IMG/VR virus record: IMGVR_UViG_3300037047_000119
Origin: an uncultured virus (IMG/VR IMGVR_UViG_3300037047_000119)
Taxonomy: Duplodnaviria; Heunggongvirae; Uroviricota; Caudoviricetes
Reading direction: 5' to 3' (one strand)
Length of the DNA: 55,295 nucleotides
Each line of letters starts with the position of its first letter. Within the stretch, counting starts at the first letter, position 1. A program made the translations under genes and the position numbers. Shown here one piece after another: positions 9,637 to 18,508 of this stretch. The notes under the pieces were generated by a model that saw only the letters and a program-made list of their open reading frames with translations, did not search any database and was not told where the DNA came from.

Positions 9637-10080
9637 CTGAGTAACAGGGTGCTTGGTAACCCATGGGTCATCTGGTCCTAACCCCCGGCACCACTTCGAA
9701 TCCGTGGACGACCAGCGAACACGACCTTCCCCTCGTTTCCCATGCTTCAAAGCGTACTCGGCCTTCAGGGCCTCCGTGCGCCCCTTGAAGGGCCCGAAAA
9801 GGGCCCTCGGTCGCCACGGGCGCCACTTGGATGTATAACGGGCTCCCCCAGGTAACGACCCATTATGCTGCTCAAGGCGGCGAGCGGGGTTATTCGTACA
9901 TCCTACATAGGTGTATCCGACTTTCTTACCCGGCGGGATGATGAGAGACTGAATCACGTACACGTACCAGATATCGGAGGACTCTCCGGAGTACGCAGCT
10001 TGAAACAACGCTGCAGGGAATGGCCGTTTGCGTCGACGAGGCTTAGTCGTTTTCCCTGCGGAAGCATACTCCCATGACAT
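9634..10080 (-). CDS. GIY-YIG nuclease (SLX1/UPF0213-like)
   Basis: WYVYVI...TYVGCTNNPARRLEQHNG...GARYT..WRPW...ALKAE..LK. Confidence 0.9.
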   Translation of the reverse strand: MSWEYASAGKTTKPRRRKRPFPAALFQAAYSGESSDIWYVYVIQSLIIPPGKKVGYTYVGCTNNPARRLEQHNGSLPGGARYTSKWRPWRPRALFGPFKGRTEALKAEYALKHGKRGEGRVRWSSTDSKWCRGLGPDDPWVTKHPVTQ

Positions 10081-10393
10081 CTAAAAACTCCTCCCACGAA
10101 TCAGGGTCCGTGTCTCTTTTCGCTGTGTTTGCAGCCAGACATGTCCAGACAACATTCCCGTAGGTGTAGCCCAGATCGCCTCGTACTCGGTCCAGAGATG
10201 GTGTGAGCGGGTGGTAGGGTCTGTGTTCGGGGGCACCTAGCGGGACGTGAAACCAATAACAGTGTCCGTCCTGTTCATCCCACTGTGCCTGCATGTCCTC
10301 GACAGTGATCGAAAAGGGCAGTCCTTTACGACGGGCTCTCGTCTGGGCAGCAGAGACCACCTTGCGGATCCAGGAAGGGGAGTCAGGGTACAT
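10043..10393 (-). CDS. His-Me finger (HNH-related) endonuclease-like protein
   Basis: AAGGAGG RBS; QDGHCYW...SLDRV...GYTYGNVVWTC..AN..K. Confidence 0.7.
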   Translation of the reverse strand: MYPDSPSWIRKVVSAAQTRARRKGLPFSITVEDMQAQWDEQDGHCYWFHVPLGAPEHRPYHPLTPSLDRVRGDLGYTYGNVVWTCLAANTAKRDTDPDSWEEFLDVMGVCFRREND

Positions 10394-10424
10394 GGTACCT
10401 CCTTTCTCCTCTTCTCTACTCAAA

Positions 10425-10832
10425 TTAGATGTTGACCTTGGTGATGCCGTGCTGGGCCCTGACAGTTACCTGACCGTGGCGAGTAACACCGGGAGTATCA
10501 CTACCCGTTGTTGGACCCGGACGACCCGGTAATCCGTCGGAGTGAGAGATCTGACGCATCCTAAGTGCCGAAGACATCAAACGGAGTTCCTCCGGAGAGG
10601 CACCCTGCATGCTATCCCAGATCTCAGCACTGTTCATGAACAGGTATGGATTCGGTTCTGAGTGCATGGGATGTCCCGTAGGATCATCTCCCGGCAACAG
10701 GGCACCGACAGCGTCCTCGACTGCCGTCCGGTTCTTCACAGGGGTGTCCTGGGTCACCGCGACCTCTCGGATCGAGGCAAAGGTCGGACATCCGGACAAC
10801 AGCCTCTGAACTTCAGTGTGGCGGTTTTTCAT
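10425..10832 (-). CDS. Hypothetical protein, 135 aa
   Basis: ATGA overlap with 10829..11146. Confidence 0.65.
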   Translation of the reverse strand: MKNRHTEVQRLLSGCPTFASIREVAVTQDTPVKNRTAVEDAVGALLPGDDPTGHPMHSEPNPYLFMNSAEIWDSMQGASPEELRLMSSALRMRQISHSDGLPGRPGPTTGSDTPGVTRHGQVTVRAQHGITKVNI

Positions 10833-11146
10833 CGCACCCGTGGGGGCTCCCGAGTCAGATCTCTGTTGTTGTAGAGATAGTCACGAAGATCCTTCCGCAC
10901 TTCATCCAGCTTTTCTACAAGGATCTCTGCAAACCCCTGCGCCTCTGGGATAGCACTGAAACGCGAAACTTGCTCTAAAGAGCTAGTCGCTTTACCCATG
11001 AAAAGATCAGTGGCCGCACGCTCCAGGTATTCATAGGTGGCCGCGGCATCGTGACCACCCGCTGTTTTCTGAAGTACCGGGATCAGGTGTGAACGGAGTT
11101 CCGGGTGCTCTTTGGCCAGCTTCACAATTTTTTCGCGCAGATTCAT
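10829..11146 (-). CDS. Putative internal head protein with the second tag followed by KTA
   Basis: MNLREKIVKLAKEHPELRSHLIPVLQKTAGG; late motif upstream. Confidence 0.8.
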   Translation of the reverse strand: MNLREKIVKLAKEHPELRSHLIPVLQKTAGGHDAAATYEYLERAATDLFMGKATSSLEQVSRFSAIPEAQGFAEILVEKLDEVRKDLRDYLYNNRDLTREPPRVR

Positions 11147-11181
11147 GGTCTGTCCCCCCGTGATCTTCTGTCATCAAAAGG

Positions 11182-11195
11182 ATATAGAACGGATA
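11182..11195 (-). promoter_or_regulatory. Putative late promoter motif (TATCCGTTCTATAT)
   Basis: Recurring 14-mer. Confidence 0.55.
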
Positions 11196-11253
11196 GCGAA
11201 AGACCCTAGTCTCCCTTTATTCCCTAGTACATGGATGAACCCGGAGGTGCGAG

Positions 11254-11502
11254 ATGAAAGCATGCTTCGCACATTTCAGCCCCTTCGAGACCTCCCAGAA
11301 ACGATCCGCGTGTCCGATCCTGATCCATGACCCAGACTCCCATCCTGCCTTTTTTGTGGGATACCTATTCACGTGTCAAACAACCGGAGATGTGGTGGTA
11401 CTCCATACCAGGGAGACCGTCTTCGTAACGCAATGGCCTAAAAAATGGGGCTGGCTGCCTATTGAAAACCTTCAGGGCGAAATGGACGTAGACACATGGT
11501 GA
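11254..11502 (+). CDS. Hypothetical protein, 82 aa
   Basis: GGAGGT RBS; overlaps next gene. Confidence 0.6.
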   Translation: MKACFAHFSPFETSQKRSACPILIHDPDSHPAFFVGYLFTCQTTGDVVVLHTRETVFVTQWPKKWGWLPIENLQGEMDVDTW

Positions 11503-11720
11503 AATACGTGCAGACACCGTTTCGAGTAGGAGACCGAGTCCGTGTTCGGTTTGGGATCGAGTCTCCTCCTTGCAGAGTGGGTACAGTCTTGACAGTAAAC
11601 CCAGACCGACAAAGTTGTCTCATCAAACATGATGAGACCATTTACCTAGGGAAAATTGGGACGAACTGGGGGATTTTCGGTTGGGGTTGGGATGACCTGG
11701 AACATGAGATGGTGAACTGA
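11496..11720 (+). CDS. Small SH3/KOW-like protein, paralog of 12106..12333
   Basis: PFRVGDRVRVR..PPC..G.V..CLIKHDE..IFGWGWDDLE. Confidence 0.75.
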   Translation: MVKYVQTPFRVGDRVRVRFGIESPPCRVGTVLTVNPDRQSCLIKHDETIYLGKIGTNWGIFGWGWDDLEHEMVN

Positions 11721-12140
11721 ATGCACCCCATCGAGGCCGTTATCACTGGAGTCATGGCGCAGAGTGAAGTCATCGCAAACTACACGGCACTTGAATTGGT
11801 GGAGAGAACTGAACTGACCAAAGTCAGTTTCCGTGTTGACATCCCAGGAAAAGACTCCTTAGAAGCAGTTGCACTCGCAGATCAGCACTTTGACGACATC
11901 CGAAGCCTCGCTGGAAATCCTATGAGCATGAGCATCGAGTTGTCGGAAGAGGACAAACTCGACGCCATTGTCATCCTAGGAGATCCTTTCAAGGTCATTG
12001 ATGACACTGTGTACGAGGCACGCAAAGTTATCAAGGCTGAAAGAAATGAACTTGGACAATGGGTTGGCCGTTACAAACTAACCTGTCTGATTTTGAGGTC
12101 TCAGAATGGAACTGACCCCACGGCTCCGCTATCCGTTTGA
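11721..12140 (+). CDS. Hypothetical protein, 139 aa
   Basis: Abuts the upstream stop codon. Confidence 0.7.
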   Translation: MHPIEAVITGVMAQSEVIANYTALELVERTELTKVSFRVDIPGKDSLEAVALADQHFDDIRSLAGNPMSMSIELSEEDKLDAIVILGDPFKVIDDTVYEARKVIKAERNELGQWVGRYKLTCLILRSQNGTDPTAPLSV

Positions 12141-12333
12141 GCTAGGGGAACGTGTTCGCATCCGGGACGGCGTCAAAGGACCCCCATGCGGCACAGGCGT
12201 TGTCATTCGGATTGAACTCGACAAAGGAGGATGCCTCGTACACCACGATGAGCCTTTCGACTTACCCGTGCTGGGGACGGTGTCCATTTTCGGATGGACC
12301 TGGGATGAGTTAGAACCAGAGTACCTTCACTAG
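12106..12333 (+). CDS. Small SH3/KOW-like protein, paralog of 11496..11720
   Basis: PFELGERVRIR..PPC..GVV..CLVHHDE..IFGWTWDELE. Confidence 0.75.
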   Translation: MELTPRLRYPFELGERVRIRDGVKGPPCGTGVVIRIELDKGGCLVHHDEPFDLPVLGTVSIFGWTWDELEPEYLH

Positions 12334-13874
12334 CGGTACCTGTTATAGTAAGCCACGATCTCGGGGGCGCTGCCGTACACCTCTCGGGGGACGTTCTCGA
12401 AATACTCTTTTTCCAAGTTCTCTTCTGGGGTCACACTCACCACCGATAGAATCCGGGTGCTTCCCCGATACGTGATCGGCCCCGGAAAACGGATCCTTTG
12501 GTACTGAGACTTGGTGTCCTCTCCTGTGGCTCTGCCGTAACTCAGAAACTTGTCAAATGCCTCTTGCATCAGCCGGAACGAGTCCTGTAGCACCTCCGGT
12601 TTTTTCGACCGAGGCTGGTTCCTGGCGAAAGAGGAATCCAACAGATGGATCACGTACCGTTTGACAGCCATGTCGGCGGCATGAAGGACCTCAGCCCCCA
12701 GATGACGGAACGATTTGAACATACGGGGAGAGATCTGACTAATGCGTGCTACCAACCGCTGGGCAAGGAAATTATCCTTGTGGGTTAGGATTGCCTGTAC
12801 GACAGCGGGGTAGTTCTTCAGTGGTATGAACTCTCGCGTTTTGTTGCTCCCCAGGAAAGGAGCAACAATTCGGGCCCAGTCACTTCGGTGTGATCTGAAA
12901 AGATCGAAAGCACCCCGGATAGATGTGAGATCGAGGATCTCGGCCTCCAACACATCTTCGTCCAGAAGCACCCCAGGTGTATGATCCTCTAGCTGCACCT
13001 TGACGATGGCAAAAGCTTCGAATTCACCAACCGATTTCCGAGCATAGTCATCAGCGTCACTCAAAGATGTTGTCAGATAAACCCCCCCAAAGGTGCGAAT
13101 GGAGCGTATCTCGTTTTTCCCAACCTCGGGTTCGTCGTAAACTCGTTGGGCTCCCTCTGTGCCCGCAGGTACGAGTCCCACTTTCAGGATGCGACGCAGG
13201 TTCTTGGCACTCGTACCGTGGTAAAAAGTTCTTTTTGAACAGTACAAATACCGACGTGCCACCCGGCGAGCCGATTTGAACAAACTCGGCTTCAACCGGA
13301 ACGAGAAATTGACCATTGTTGGGTCATAATCGGACAGTCGATAATCGTCCTCAATGATGTGGATTTTCCCGGATCGGGACTTCGCCCAGGAGATCACGAA
13401 AGGCAGGCCCATGTCCGAGTAGTCACTGGAGGAAAACACATCCCCCGGGGACATCGTCTCCAACATCTTGTCAAACAGCTTGACCGCGACACCTTGCCTT
13501 CGGCTACTCTCATGTACATCTACAAAAGCGTGACCCCACCATTTCCCGATCAGGGGAGGTAAACCCATCTCAACCCGGACATCGTTGTTGACCTTCTCGC
13601 TGACAGTTTGGGTGTAGACTTTGTTGACCCCCAACAGAACGTCGTCCCGGAAATAGCAGTAGTACTTGGCCTTCGCGTTCCACTCGTCTTCCCGTCGGAA
13701 CTCTTCAATGTACTTCCATTTGACATACTTGAAACCGGGGAAGTCGAGCTGCTCAGACGGATCCTTTTTGAGCTTACGGTACGTTTTCCGAAACAGCGAG
13801 TCCTGAAACTGATCAAACATGTCCTTGAACAGGGCTCGTAACTCGTTCGCGTTCAAGATGCGGATCTGATCCAT
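12330..13874 (-). CDS. Two-domain cargo protein: GNAT acetyltransferase + RVARRYL tag + ADP-ribosyltransferase-like (HGT) domain
   Basis: VDVHESSRRQGVAVKLF; KSARRVARRYL; FYHGTSAKNLRRILKVGLVP...GVYLT; start moved to ATG 13874. Confidence 0.75.
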   Translation of the reverse strand: MDQIRILNANELRALFKDMFDQFQDSLFRKTYRKLKKDPSEQLDFPGFKYVKWKYIEEFRREDEWNAKAKYYCYFRDDVLLGVNKVYTQTVSEKVNNDVRVEMGLPPLIGKWWGHAFVDVHESSRRQGVAVKLFDKMLETMSPGDVFSSSDYSDMGLPFVISWAKSRSGKIHIIEDDYRLSDYDPTMVNFSFRLKPSLFKSARRVARRYLYCSKRTFYHGTSAKNLRRILKVGLVPAGTEGAQRVYDEPEVGKNEIRSIRTFGGVYLTTSLSDADDYARKSVGEFEAFAIVKVQLEDHTPGVLLDEDVLEAEILDLTSIRGAFDLFRSHRSDWARIVAPFLGSNKTREFIPLKNYPAVVQAILTHKDNFLAQRLVARISQISPRMFKSFRHLGAEVLHAADMAVKRYVIHLLDSSFARNQPRSKKPEVLQDSFRLMQEAFDKFLSYGRATGEDTKSQYQRIRFPGPITYRGSTRILSVVSVTPEENLEKEYFENVPREVYGSAPEIVAYYNRYR

Positions 13875-13903
13875 GACACCACCCCCGTCCTCAGTACCGG
13901 AAT

Positions 13904-13917
13904 CGATAGAAGCTCTA
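13904..13917 (-). promoter_or_regulatory. Putative late promoter motif (TAGAGCTTCTATCG)
   Basis: Recurring 14-mer, back to back with an early motif. Confidence 0.5.
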
Positions 13918-13928
13918 GGGACGCCCGG

Positions 13929-13954
13929 GATCATTTGCCCCGAACTCAGAGTAG
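13929..13954 (+). promoter_or_regulatory. Putative early/middle promoter GATCAT-N14-GAGTAG
   Basis: Upstream of GAGGAGGT RBS. Confidence 0.6.
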
Positions 13955-13974
13955 GTCAACTGAGGAGGTGTACC

Positions 13975-14283
13975 ATGAACCGAAACGCACATTCCGTAAG
14001 CTGGGATGAACAGCCCCTCGGGCGTAAACCCGATCACGTACTCGCCCTCGACCTGGGCGTCAGTCAGGGCACGGTCACAAACGAGCGCAGGGCGCGGGGC
14101 ATCCCGTGTTTCGACCCCCGGCACAGAGGGGGCAAGAGCCACGCTCCGAGAGGCATCAAGTGGGACACCGTCGGGCTGGGTACGGAACCCGACGCGCGTA
14201 TCGCAGCGCGACTTGGGGTCGACCACAGCGCCGTCCGGCGGCAGCGTGTGCGCCGGGGGATCCCGAGATTCGAGAGGGCGTGA
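13975..14283 (+). CDS. Tandem HTH-like repeat DNA-binding protein
   Basis: Two copies of W...LG..PD..[LI]A..LGV....V...R..RGIP. Confidence 0.75.
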   Translation: MNRNAHSVSWDEQPLGRKPDHVLALDLGVSQGTVTNERRARGIPCFDPRHRGGKSHAPRGIKWDTVGLGTEPDARIAARLGVDHSAVRRQRVRRGIPRFERA

Positions 14284-14338
14284 GCAAAAAGCTCCCGGTT
14301 CGAGTAGATCCCTGCAAGGGATCGAACCGAGGAGTCGC

Positions 14339-14704
14339 ATGGCCAGAGAACTCAGCAGGTGGCCCGCCCGCGTCGCGGTGCTTTGTGATGATCGCACCCC
14401 CTTTCTGCATCTGGAGTGGAAAGGGGACGTAGAGCCCTCCGTCAAACACCCAGCAGACTGGGAACTGATCGACCCCGTGGAGGCGGCCTCCCAGCTTCCC
14501 GTCTATGACCCCACGCCAGGGTGGCATCTCTTCGACGGTACCCTGATCATCATCGAGGACGACTTCCCCCCGTTCCCCATCGACGTGGGACAAACGGACC
14601 GCTACTACTGGCACTACGAGTGGGAGGGGTCGTGGAGGAAACCATCCTCCGCCGCAGATCTTCGCTTCTGCCAAGTGGCAAGGAAAACGTGGTATGACGC
14701 CTGA
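14339..14704 (+). CDS. Hypothetical protein, 121 aa
   Basis: GAGGAG RBS; GAGTAG at 14302. Confidence 0.7.
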   Translation: MARELSRWPARVAVLCDDRTPFLHLEWKGDVEPSVKHPADWELIDPVEAASQLPVYDPTPGWHLFDGTLIIIEDDFPPFPIDVGQTDRYYWHYEWEGSWRKPSSAADLRFCQVARKTWYDA

Positions 14705-15089
14705 GGACATCCAACTGGCACGTGAGATTTTCACCAGCCCCCGATGGGTTGATCTTCCGAGCTACCGGACGTATCCCTACTGGGAACCCGCTACCCAGAA
14801 GGTACATCAAAGGTATGAAATGGCTGCCGCACGCCGAGGGGACCTTGTTCCGATGCTCTTCGAAGAGGGACTTCAGAACCCGTGGACTGAGGTGCTTCTC
14901 GTTACGTGGTTCCGCGAAGCTGAGAAACAGCGGCTGAACGTGGGGCTGAAATTTCACAGCGGGGAGGCCCCCGGGTTTCAGTGGGAGATCTGTGACACCG
15001 CCCGATACCTTGAACTTCTCCATCCGAGCAAGGAGTGGAATCGAGGGTTCGTCCACTCGCTGCTGGAACTTTGGCAGGCCAACCCATGA
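14694..15089 (+). CDS. Hypothetical protein, 131 aa
   Basis: Overlapping operon arrangement. Confidence 0.7.
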   Translation: MTPEDIQLAREIFTSPRWVDLPSYRTYPYWEPATQKVHQRYEMAAARRGDLVPMLFEEGLQNPWTEVLLVTWFREAEKQRLNVGLKFHSGEAPGFQWEICDTARYLELLHPSKEWNRGFVHSLLELWQANP

Positions 15090-15487
15090 ATCGACGTGAG
15101 TTTCTGCGTGTCCTGGGCCTCGGAACGGCCGCTGTAACCGTTTCTGCACTGGGTCTCCACCTTGCCCCCCGGCGTACCGTCTCCACCGTCCCACCGGGCA
15201 CTGGGACGCTCCAGCGTGCCATCCTCGAAGCTTCCCCGGGAGACATGCTCGTCCTCCAGTCAGGGGGAACCTACCACGAGCGAAAACTGACCATCCCCAG
15301 GGAGAAAAAGGGACTCTCCATTCAGGGGAATGGGGCTCAGGTCGTCCTCGGGAAATACGTACACGTTTCAGCGGACGACTTCAGACTAGCAAACACCGTA
15401 TTCATTTACCCTAGAAAACCCTGGACCGCTATCGTAAGCGATGCCCAGGGAGCAGTGATCACAGGCAACATTTTCCGTTATGCTTGA
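15086..15487 (+). CDS. Tat-signal protein with a short pectin-lyase-like beta-helix start
   Basis: MNRREFLRVLGLG; TLQRAI..ASPGD.LVL..G.Y.E..TI..LSIQG. Confidence 0.7.
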   Translation: MNRREFLRVLGLGTAAVTVSALGLHLAPRRTVSTVPPGTGTLQRAILEASPGDMLVLQSGGTYHERKLTIPREKKGLSIQGNGAQVVLGKYVHVSADDFRLANTVFIYPRKPWTAIVSDAQGAVITGNIFRYA

Positions 15488-16145
15488 GAGTTCCCCCATG
15501 ACGACATCATCTCTGTCTGACCTGGAGTTCTTCCTCTCCCTGGAATCAGATGGCCAACTCCGCCCGGCTGAGGTTCTGGTAGAACCCTTCAGCGTTTGGC
15601 CACTCCAGCAATGGGTAGAGGAAAACCAGAAAAACTTTCGAGTTCCGAACTGCTTTTTCATGAACCCCGAAACGTTTCAGCGAATCCTACAGATCCCGGG
15701 GCATGGCCTGGACGTGGTCGTCTCCAAAAAGGATCTGGAACAGGGATGCCTCGCCCGACTCATGGGAGTCGACGTGTGCGTCACAGACCAGATCACAAAC
15801 CGCGAAATTTATGCCTCCTGGCATACCCCAACCCAGGTTGGCATGCAGCGCTGGCGTATCCGATACCCCAAAGGGGAGTTCGGATGCCTCGTGGGGGAAC
15901 GACCGCTGAAACCCGAGACCCTGAGCCCACTCTTTTCCATGGTGGAACGCTGGGGACACCCCGTACTGGAACTGCACTTGTCAGAGTCGGACTTCCAGGA
16001 ACTGGTTGCACACGATCCATTCAAACAGATCCTTGACACACCGGAACTGACGCAACTGTGGAACGTCCGGATTTACCGCTCCCTGGAGCTACGACCAGTA
16101 GCAGCCCTCTCGGAAGCGGGCGAAGCACTCCTTCTGTTCCGTTGA
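15480..16145 (+). CDS. Protein with two MCP A-domain-like repeats
   Basis: Two segments align by eye to the MCP segment LSDAYGLIER...IISRLVP (38152..39030). Confidence 0.6.
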   Translation: MLESSPMTTSSLSDLEFFLSLESDGQLRPAEVLVEPFSVWPLQQWVEENQKNFRVPNCFFMNPETFQRILQIPGHGLDVVVSKKDLEQGCLARLMGVDVCVTDQITNREIYASWHTPTQVGMQRWRIRYPKGEFGCLVGERPLKPETLSPLFSMVERWGHPVLELHLSESDFQELVAHDPFKQILDTPELTQLWNVRIYRSLELRPVAALSEAGEALLLFR

Positions 16146-16153
16146 GGGGCATC

Positions 16154-16453
16154 ATGCATCCCCAGGTACACGAGATGATCATTGCGAATTTGGAGGAAGT
16201 TCGGCATCTCCTTGAAAAAGGACTAGAGAGTGCCCGGCGATCCCCAAACCGGGAGCTAATCTTCAGTCAGCTTGCGATGAATACAGAGATGGCTCAGATG
16301 TTTTTGCAGCAGGCACTAGAGGATCTAAGGGACGACCGCACGCTAGGGGAAAAAGCAGCGGATGCTCTTCCGCACATCCACGCCGCGGCGGCACGCCATG
16401 AACGTGAGAAAACGGGTAAGACCTCTCTGCATGCCGTGCCTGAGGAACTCTGA
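16154..16453 (+). CDS. Helical hypothetical protein, 99 aa
   Basis: GAGGGG RBS before ATG 16154. Confidence 0.65.
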   Translation: MHPQVHEMIIANLEEVRHLLEKGLESARRSPNRELIFSQLAMNTEMAQMFLQQALEDLRDDRTLGEKAADALPHIHAAAARHEREKTGKTSLHAVPEEL

Positions 16454-16667
16454 TGATTTCGACCCACGCCAAATACGTGTTAGAGGCACAGGCAGATCCT
16501 CTGCGGTTCGAGGATGGGGGGACAAACAGCCATCCTTCGAGTAGAGAACGAAGACCAGTCCTTGTTCGTTAACGTTCAAAGCTGGTCGGAAGAAACTCTC
16601 CACCCTGCGATCCATGTGTTTGCAGGTCGCAAACGCAGAATCACAATCGAAACATTGGACTGACAAC

Positions 16668-17126
16668 ATGACAGACACAGTAAAAGAGTTCGTGGATCGG
16701 TGCCCGATGGGAATCCTGTGGGAAAAACTGATGGCCTACAAGAGACAGTGCCCGGAACTCACCGCTGAGGCGCGGTTCGCCCGCGAAGAAACCGTCAGCT
16801 ACGCTGAGGGGGAAATTGAACTCCGGTTCCGGGTTAGCGTGCTTGCGGACTCGGAGATGGCCTGCTTCGATCAGGCACACAAGCTCTATCTGTGGCTGGA
16901 GCGGCTGGAGGACGAGGAGGTGGCCATCTCCGAGTCCGACCCGCTGTACCTTAATGACCAGTACGAAGTATCCGCTTTCGTCGTCGGATCTCGCGCCGAC
17001 AAAGATTGGAAGGGTGATCCGGCATATGAATGCCGGATCACCTTGGTGCCAGATCGCCTGACCCCCAAGGTCTGTTTCGATCTAGAGGCCACCATTCGGC
17101 GCACTCCGGGAGAGTCCGAAGAGTAA
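16668..17126 (+). CDS. Hypothetical protein (start uncertain, 16614 or 16668)
   Basis: Long ORF on the operon strand. Confidence 0.65.
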   Translation: MTDTVKEFVDRCPMGILWEKLMAYKRQCPELTAEARFAREETVSYAEGEIELRFRVSVLADSEMACFDQAHKLYLWLERLEDEEVAISESDPLYLNDQYEVSAFVVGSRADKDWKGDPAYECRITLVPDRLTPKVCFDLEATIRRTPGESEE

Positions 17127-17138
17127 TACGGGACTAGT

Positions 17139-17462
17139 CTAAAGCATCGGATGCCGGTCTTCATCCTTGATGAGCCGGATGATCATGTCTTTAGCATCCA
17201 GCATGTCGTCACATGCGAGTCGGATAGCGAGAGCGTAAGAGGCCAGTTCATACATCTGCTGGATGAGGTCTACGTTCCCCGGATCTCCTCCCTTGATCCC
17301 CGCCTTGAGCCGCAGTTTCAAATCCTGCCACAGTGTCTGGAGATCCCTCGTGTAATGCGAAAGCCCCCGGGAACCTAACGCCTGATCCATCTTTTCAATG
17401 GCGCTTTGGGGCACCATCGAGGCTGACTTTGCCATCTGTTCAAGCTGTTTGAGTGCATCCAT
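17139..17462 (-). CDS. Isolated late-type gene, 107 aa, with N-terminal helix then KSA
   Basis: GGAGGT RBS; MDALKQLEQMAKSAS; late motif upstream. Confidence 0.75.
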   Translation of the reverse strand: MDALKQLEQMAKSASMVPQSAIEKMDQALGSRGLSHYTRDLQTLWQDLKLRLKAGIKGGDPGNVDLIQQMYELASYALAIRLACDDMLDAKDMIIRLIKDEDRHPML

Positions 17463-17495
17463 GTTTCAACCTCCAGCGTTGTCCCATACCAAAAG

Positions 17496-17509
17496 GAATA
17501 GGCAGAACA
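17496..17509 (-). promoter_or_regulatory. Putative late promoter variant (TGTTCTGCCTATTC)
   Basis: Resembles the copy at 27012. Confidence 0.4.
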
Positions 17510-17548
17510 ACGATCTCATGGAGTAGAGATGCTCAGGAGGATTCCAAC

Positions 17549-18028
17549 ATGTGGGTGGTGCAAAAAGTCATCCCTCTCGGTTTGTCTAAACCAATCGTCT
17601 GGTGGTCCTGCACAAATGAATGCGGCAGTCGGATGGAGACGAGTGATGAAACCACTCCGCCCTCATGCCCTTGCCCCAAATGTGGAGTCCCAGCGGCTGG
17701 GCCGAGTCCGGAACTTCCCAGTACTCCGGGTGAGACCCTTCACCCGAACCTGGGCAGTCTGTTCGACCTCATGATGAGGGAATCCCGTCAGGGATGCACC
17801 TGGATCTCTGAGGACGATCCAGGACGGAAACTGATCGGGTTCCGAAATGAAACGTACAACACGTGGCACCTCATCACGATCCCGGACATCAAAACACACG
17901 GGCTAGACAATCTGCCCCCAACGGTAAACCCCGGTATTCAACGGGCTAAAAACATCCTGTTGGAATACAGCAAAACGCCACATGGAAGGGTCAAACTGGC
18001 GGCTGCTATGACGAGGGGTAATCCATGA
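17549..18028 (+). CDS. Zn-ribbon protein
   Basis: AGGAGG RBS; CTNEC...CPCPKC; GAGTAG at 17521. Confidence 0.7.
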   Translation: MWVVQKVIPLGLSKPIVWWSCTNECGSRMETSDETTPPSCPCPKCGVPAAGPSPELPSTPGETLHPNLGSLFDLMMRESRQGCTWISEDDPGRKLIGFRNETYNTWHLITIPDIKTHGLDNLPPTVNPGIQRAKNILLEYSKTPHGRVKLAAAMTRGNP

Positions 18029-18492
18029 CCCGTCCGGTACAAATCCCCAAAGGGGCCATGACCAGGGTGGTTGGACGATCCGCATCTGGCAAACACAGCT
18101 TCGCCCTTGAACAGGCAGCCCTCAAACAGCAGAACGGAGGGATCGTCCTCTGGATCGACGCCAAAGCCCGATTCAACCGAGATTTTGTCCTCGCAAAGGG
18201 CGTCTCTCTGGACGACACCCGGTTCTTGCTCTTTTTCCCAAATGGAGCACCCAACATCGCTGGAATCCTGAGTCATGCTTTCCGGATGGCGGATAACATC
18301 CTGGTGGTACTCGACGGAGTCGGGACGTGGATATCAGATGGCACGGACTGGGAACGGGTGCTCACAGAACTGATCCCCTCGATCAAGCCCAACAGTTCGC
18401 TGCTCGTCACTTGCGCCAAGTCAGAGGACTCCGATGCAGTTGCGGGTGGCGTGCTCTGGGGCAATTTCGCGGAAACGACGATCGAGCTATAG
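18025..18492 (+). CDS. Truncated RecA-like P-loop protein, 155 aa
   Basis: GRSASGKHS (degenerate Walker A); LWIDA..F....V...GV.LD; LVVLDGV. Confidence 0.65.
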   Translation: MTRPVQIPKGAMTRVVGRSASGKHSFALEQAALKQQNGGIVLWIDAKARFNRDFVLAKGVSLDDTRFLLFFPNGAPNIAGILSHAFRMADNILVVLDGVGTWISDGTDWERVLTELIPSIKPNSSLLVTCAKSEDSDAVAGGVLWGNFAETTIEL

Positions 18493-18508
18493 AGGGAAAG
18501 AATCGGAC

